Below, in pieces: positions 62,430 through 64,000 of a DNA stretch of 64,000 bases; position 1 is the first letter of the stretch; each line of letters opens with the position of its first letter. The translations under genes were made by a program, and so were the position numbers. The notes beneath the pieces were generated by a model that made no database searches, was not told the origin of the DNA, and saw only the letters and a list, made by a program, of their open reading frames with translations. Source of the stretch: Lama glama (Eukaryota); contig CM052816.1 of NCBI GenBank assembly GCA_028534125.1, positions 992,001 to 1,056,000 on the forward strand. Direction: 5' to 3'.

Positions 62430-62990
62430 CCCATCCATTCATCACTCATTTACTATGTGTCAGGCTGCTATGTGTCAGGCTCTGGGCTCGACGCTGGGCA
62501 TAGAGGACAGCATGGTTGTGGCCCAAATAACAGGAGAGACCAATGATTATCTCGTTGATAATCATAAGAAACAAGTGAGCTCAAATGTGAGATGCGCTAC
62601 CAGTGGGAAAGCACCGGCTTCTATGAAGCACCTGGTGGTTTGAAAAAAGTGACATTTAGGGAGAAATCCTGAAGGCTAAATAGGCTGTGGGCAGGTGAGG
62701 AGCAGGGAAAAGAGAGCCCAGGTGGAGGGAAGGGAACGTTCACGCACTCCGAGACAGGCTGAGGGCAGGCACACAAGTGTGGACCGAGAGGGACCCCTCT
62801 CCTGGGGACAGTCCGGAGACCAGGGATGCCACAGAAGCGAGGAAGGCCCAGGCAGCCAAGGGCCAGTTTGAATCACCCTCACTTAGGAATCAGCGGAAGA
62901 CAGAAGAAGCAGGGAAGTGATGCGATCCTGGTTGCATTTTGCAATATTCTGGCCAGGTGTGATGAACAGTTGGAGGGAGGGCATGAAATG
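62430..62990 (-). mobile_element. LINE-2 (L2) fragment
   Basis: CATCCATTCATCACTCATTTACT..TGCTATGTGTCAGGCTCTGGGCT and AAAGTGACATTTA; G/A-rich reversed L2 motifs. Confidence 0.65.
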
Positions 62991-64000
62991 GTCCCCAGTA
63001 TCCATCATCTGAGCGTGTGCTTTAACACCTGATGCTGTGAGGTCTTGTATCCAGCACTGCGAGGCTTATGAGACTGAAAGTCCCAGACAGGTGTGACATT
63101 TTCAACCTCTCTATCCCCCTCCCCATAAAGGCAGTGCACTGCATACGGCAGAACACATTTCTTGAGTAGCTATTCTGTGTCTATGTCTTACAATGAACAA
63201 CTCCTTCCCTCTGCCCTCTGAAAGATTCCCTCCTGTCCCCAGTCGCTGTCCCACCCTCTACCCACCTGTCATGTTCTGGTTCTGAGGACCACCATACTTT
63301 TCAGTTAACTTCCTCACAAGGTCTCAGAACAGTTACTGCATTGCCTGGACAGGGGACCAGAGAGGCCCCTCCTGCACTGGGTCACCCAGGCCCTGCAACC
63401 TCTGCTTCTTCAGAGCCTGCATCACCAAAGAGGCAGGAGTTCCCATGTGCTGCTGAAGCCGCCAGGTCACAATGAACTTCAACTACACGGCCAGAACCAT
63501 TTCTCAGCCGGAATGAAGAACAGGACAGAGCAACTCGGCAAAGTAATTGCCTCCTGTTTACCAAGACAGACTCTGCGCTATGAGATATTTTATCAACTTC
63601 ATGAGATTTGTAGTCAGAAAACATGGAAACAAAAGAATAACACACAGGCCTTTTAACCACTGACTGTTCACATTTATCAACACTACTATTCTGTCTGTTA
63701 GCACTTCCCCAGTGCAGAGCCCAGGAAAACTGAAGTTGTATCAAATCAATGAAAACCTGAGTTCTCTTTTAAAATAGAACTCCATTGTGTAACTCTGTTG
63801 GGCAAATATATAGTTGGTCTGTGGAAAGAAAGGCACACCTGATTTGGTCTCAGTGTGTGATGACAGACAAGCTATTCATTCCTATTTCCCAGAATATGTG
63901 CCCTTTTCTTTCATGTACTTTCCCCACTCTTTGAGGGAAAAATAAAAGCTAACCAAAAAGTTTATTATAAATAATAAACTACTACTCCGGCACTTTGCTC

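Noticed and set aside
1..64000. Prokaryote-type systems (operons, CRISPR, defence islands) or a novel multi-gene system
   Set aside because: The window is mammalian with one intact gene. All other ORFs are explained by repeats, GC content, gaps or chance.

Overview
Mammalian genomic DNA, most likely from a camelid: three tRNA-Ala-derived Vic-1-type SINEs are present, and I recognised no Alu, ruminant Bov-tA/Bov-A2/BovB or pig PRE-1 elements. The only intact protein-coding gene is MGAT1 (N-acetylglucosaminyltransferase I). Its 447-aa CDS lies in one exon on the + strand (42345-43688) and appears to be fed by non-coding 5' exons in two CpG islands (~27.5-28.4 kb and ~34.0-35.05 kb). Downstream is a multiply disrupted olfactory receptor pseudogene resembling OR2Y1 (51907-52834). 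The rest is mostly transposable-element debris: old and younger LINE-1, L2, MIR, MLT1/MLT2/MER21 and ERV1-type solo LTRs, and MER53. There are two 500-N assembly gaps. I see no convincing novel biological system. The most interesting observations are structural or regulatory: a twin-priming L1 inversion, a microinversion inside an MLT1A LTR, an L1 lacking its RT domain, a ~90%-identical duplicated unit flanking a MER21 LTR just upstream of the MGAT1 promoter, candidate alternative 5' UTR exons, a CTCF-like site between MGAT1 and the OR pseudogene, and a codon-aligned antisense ORF over MGAT1. Repeat family names and comparisons to human/rabbit sequences come from recollection, not database searches. 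Boundaries of old repeats are approximate.
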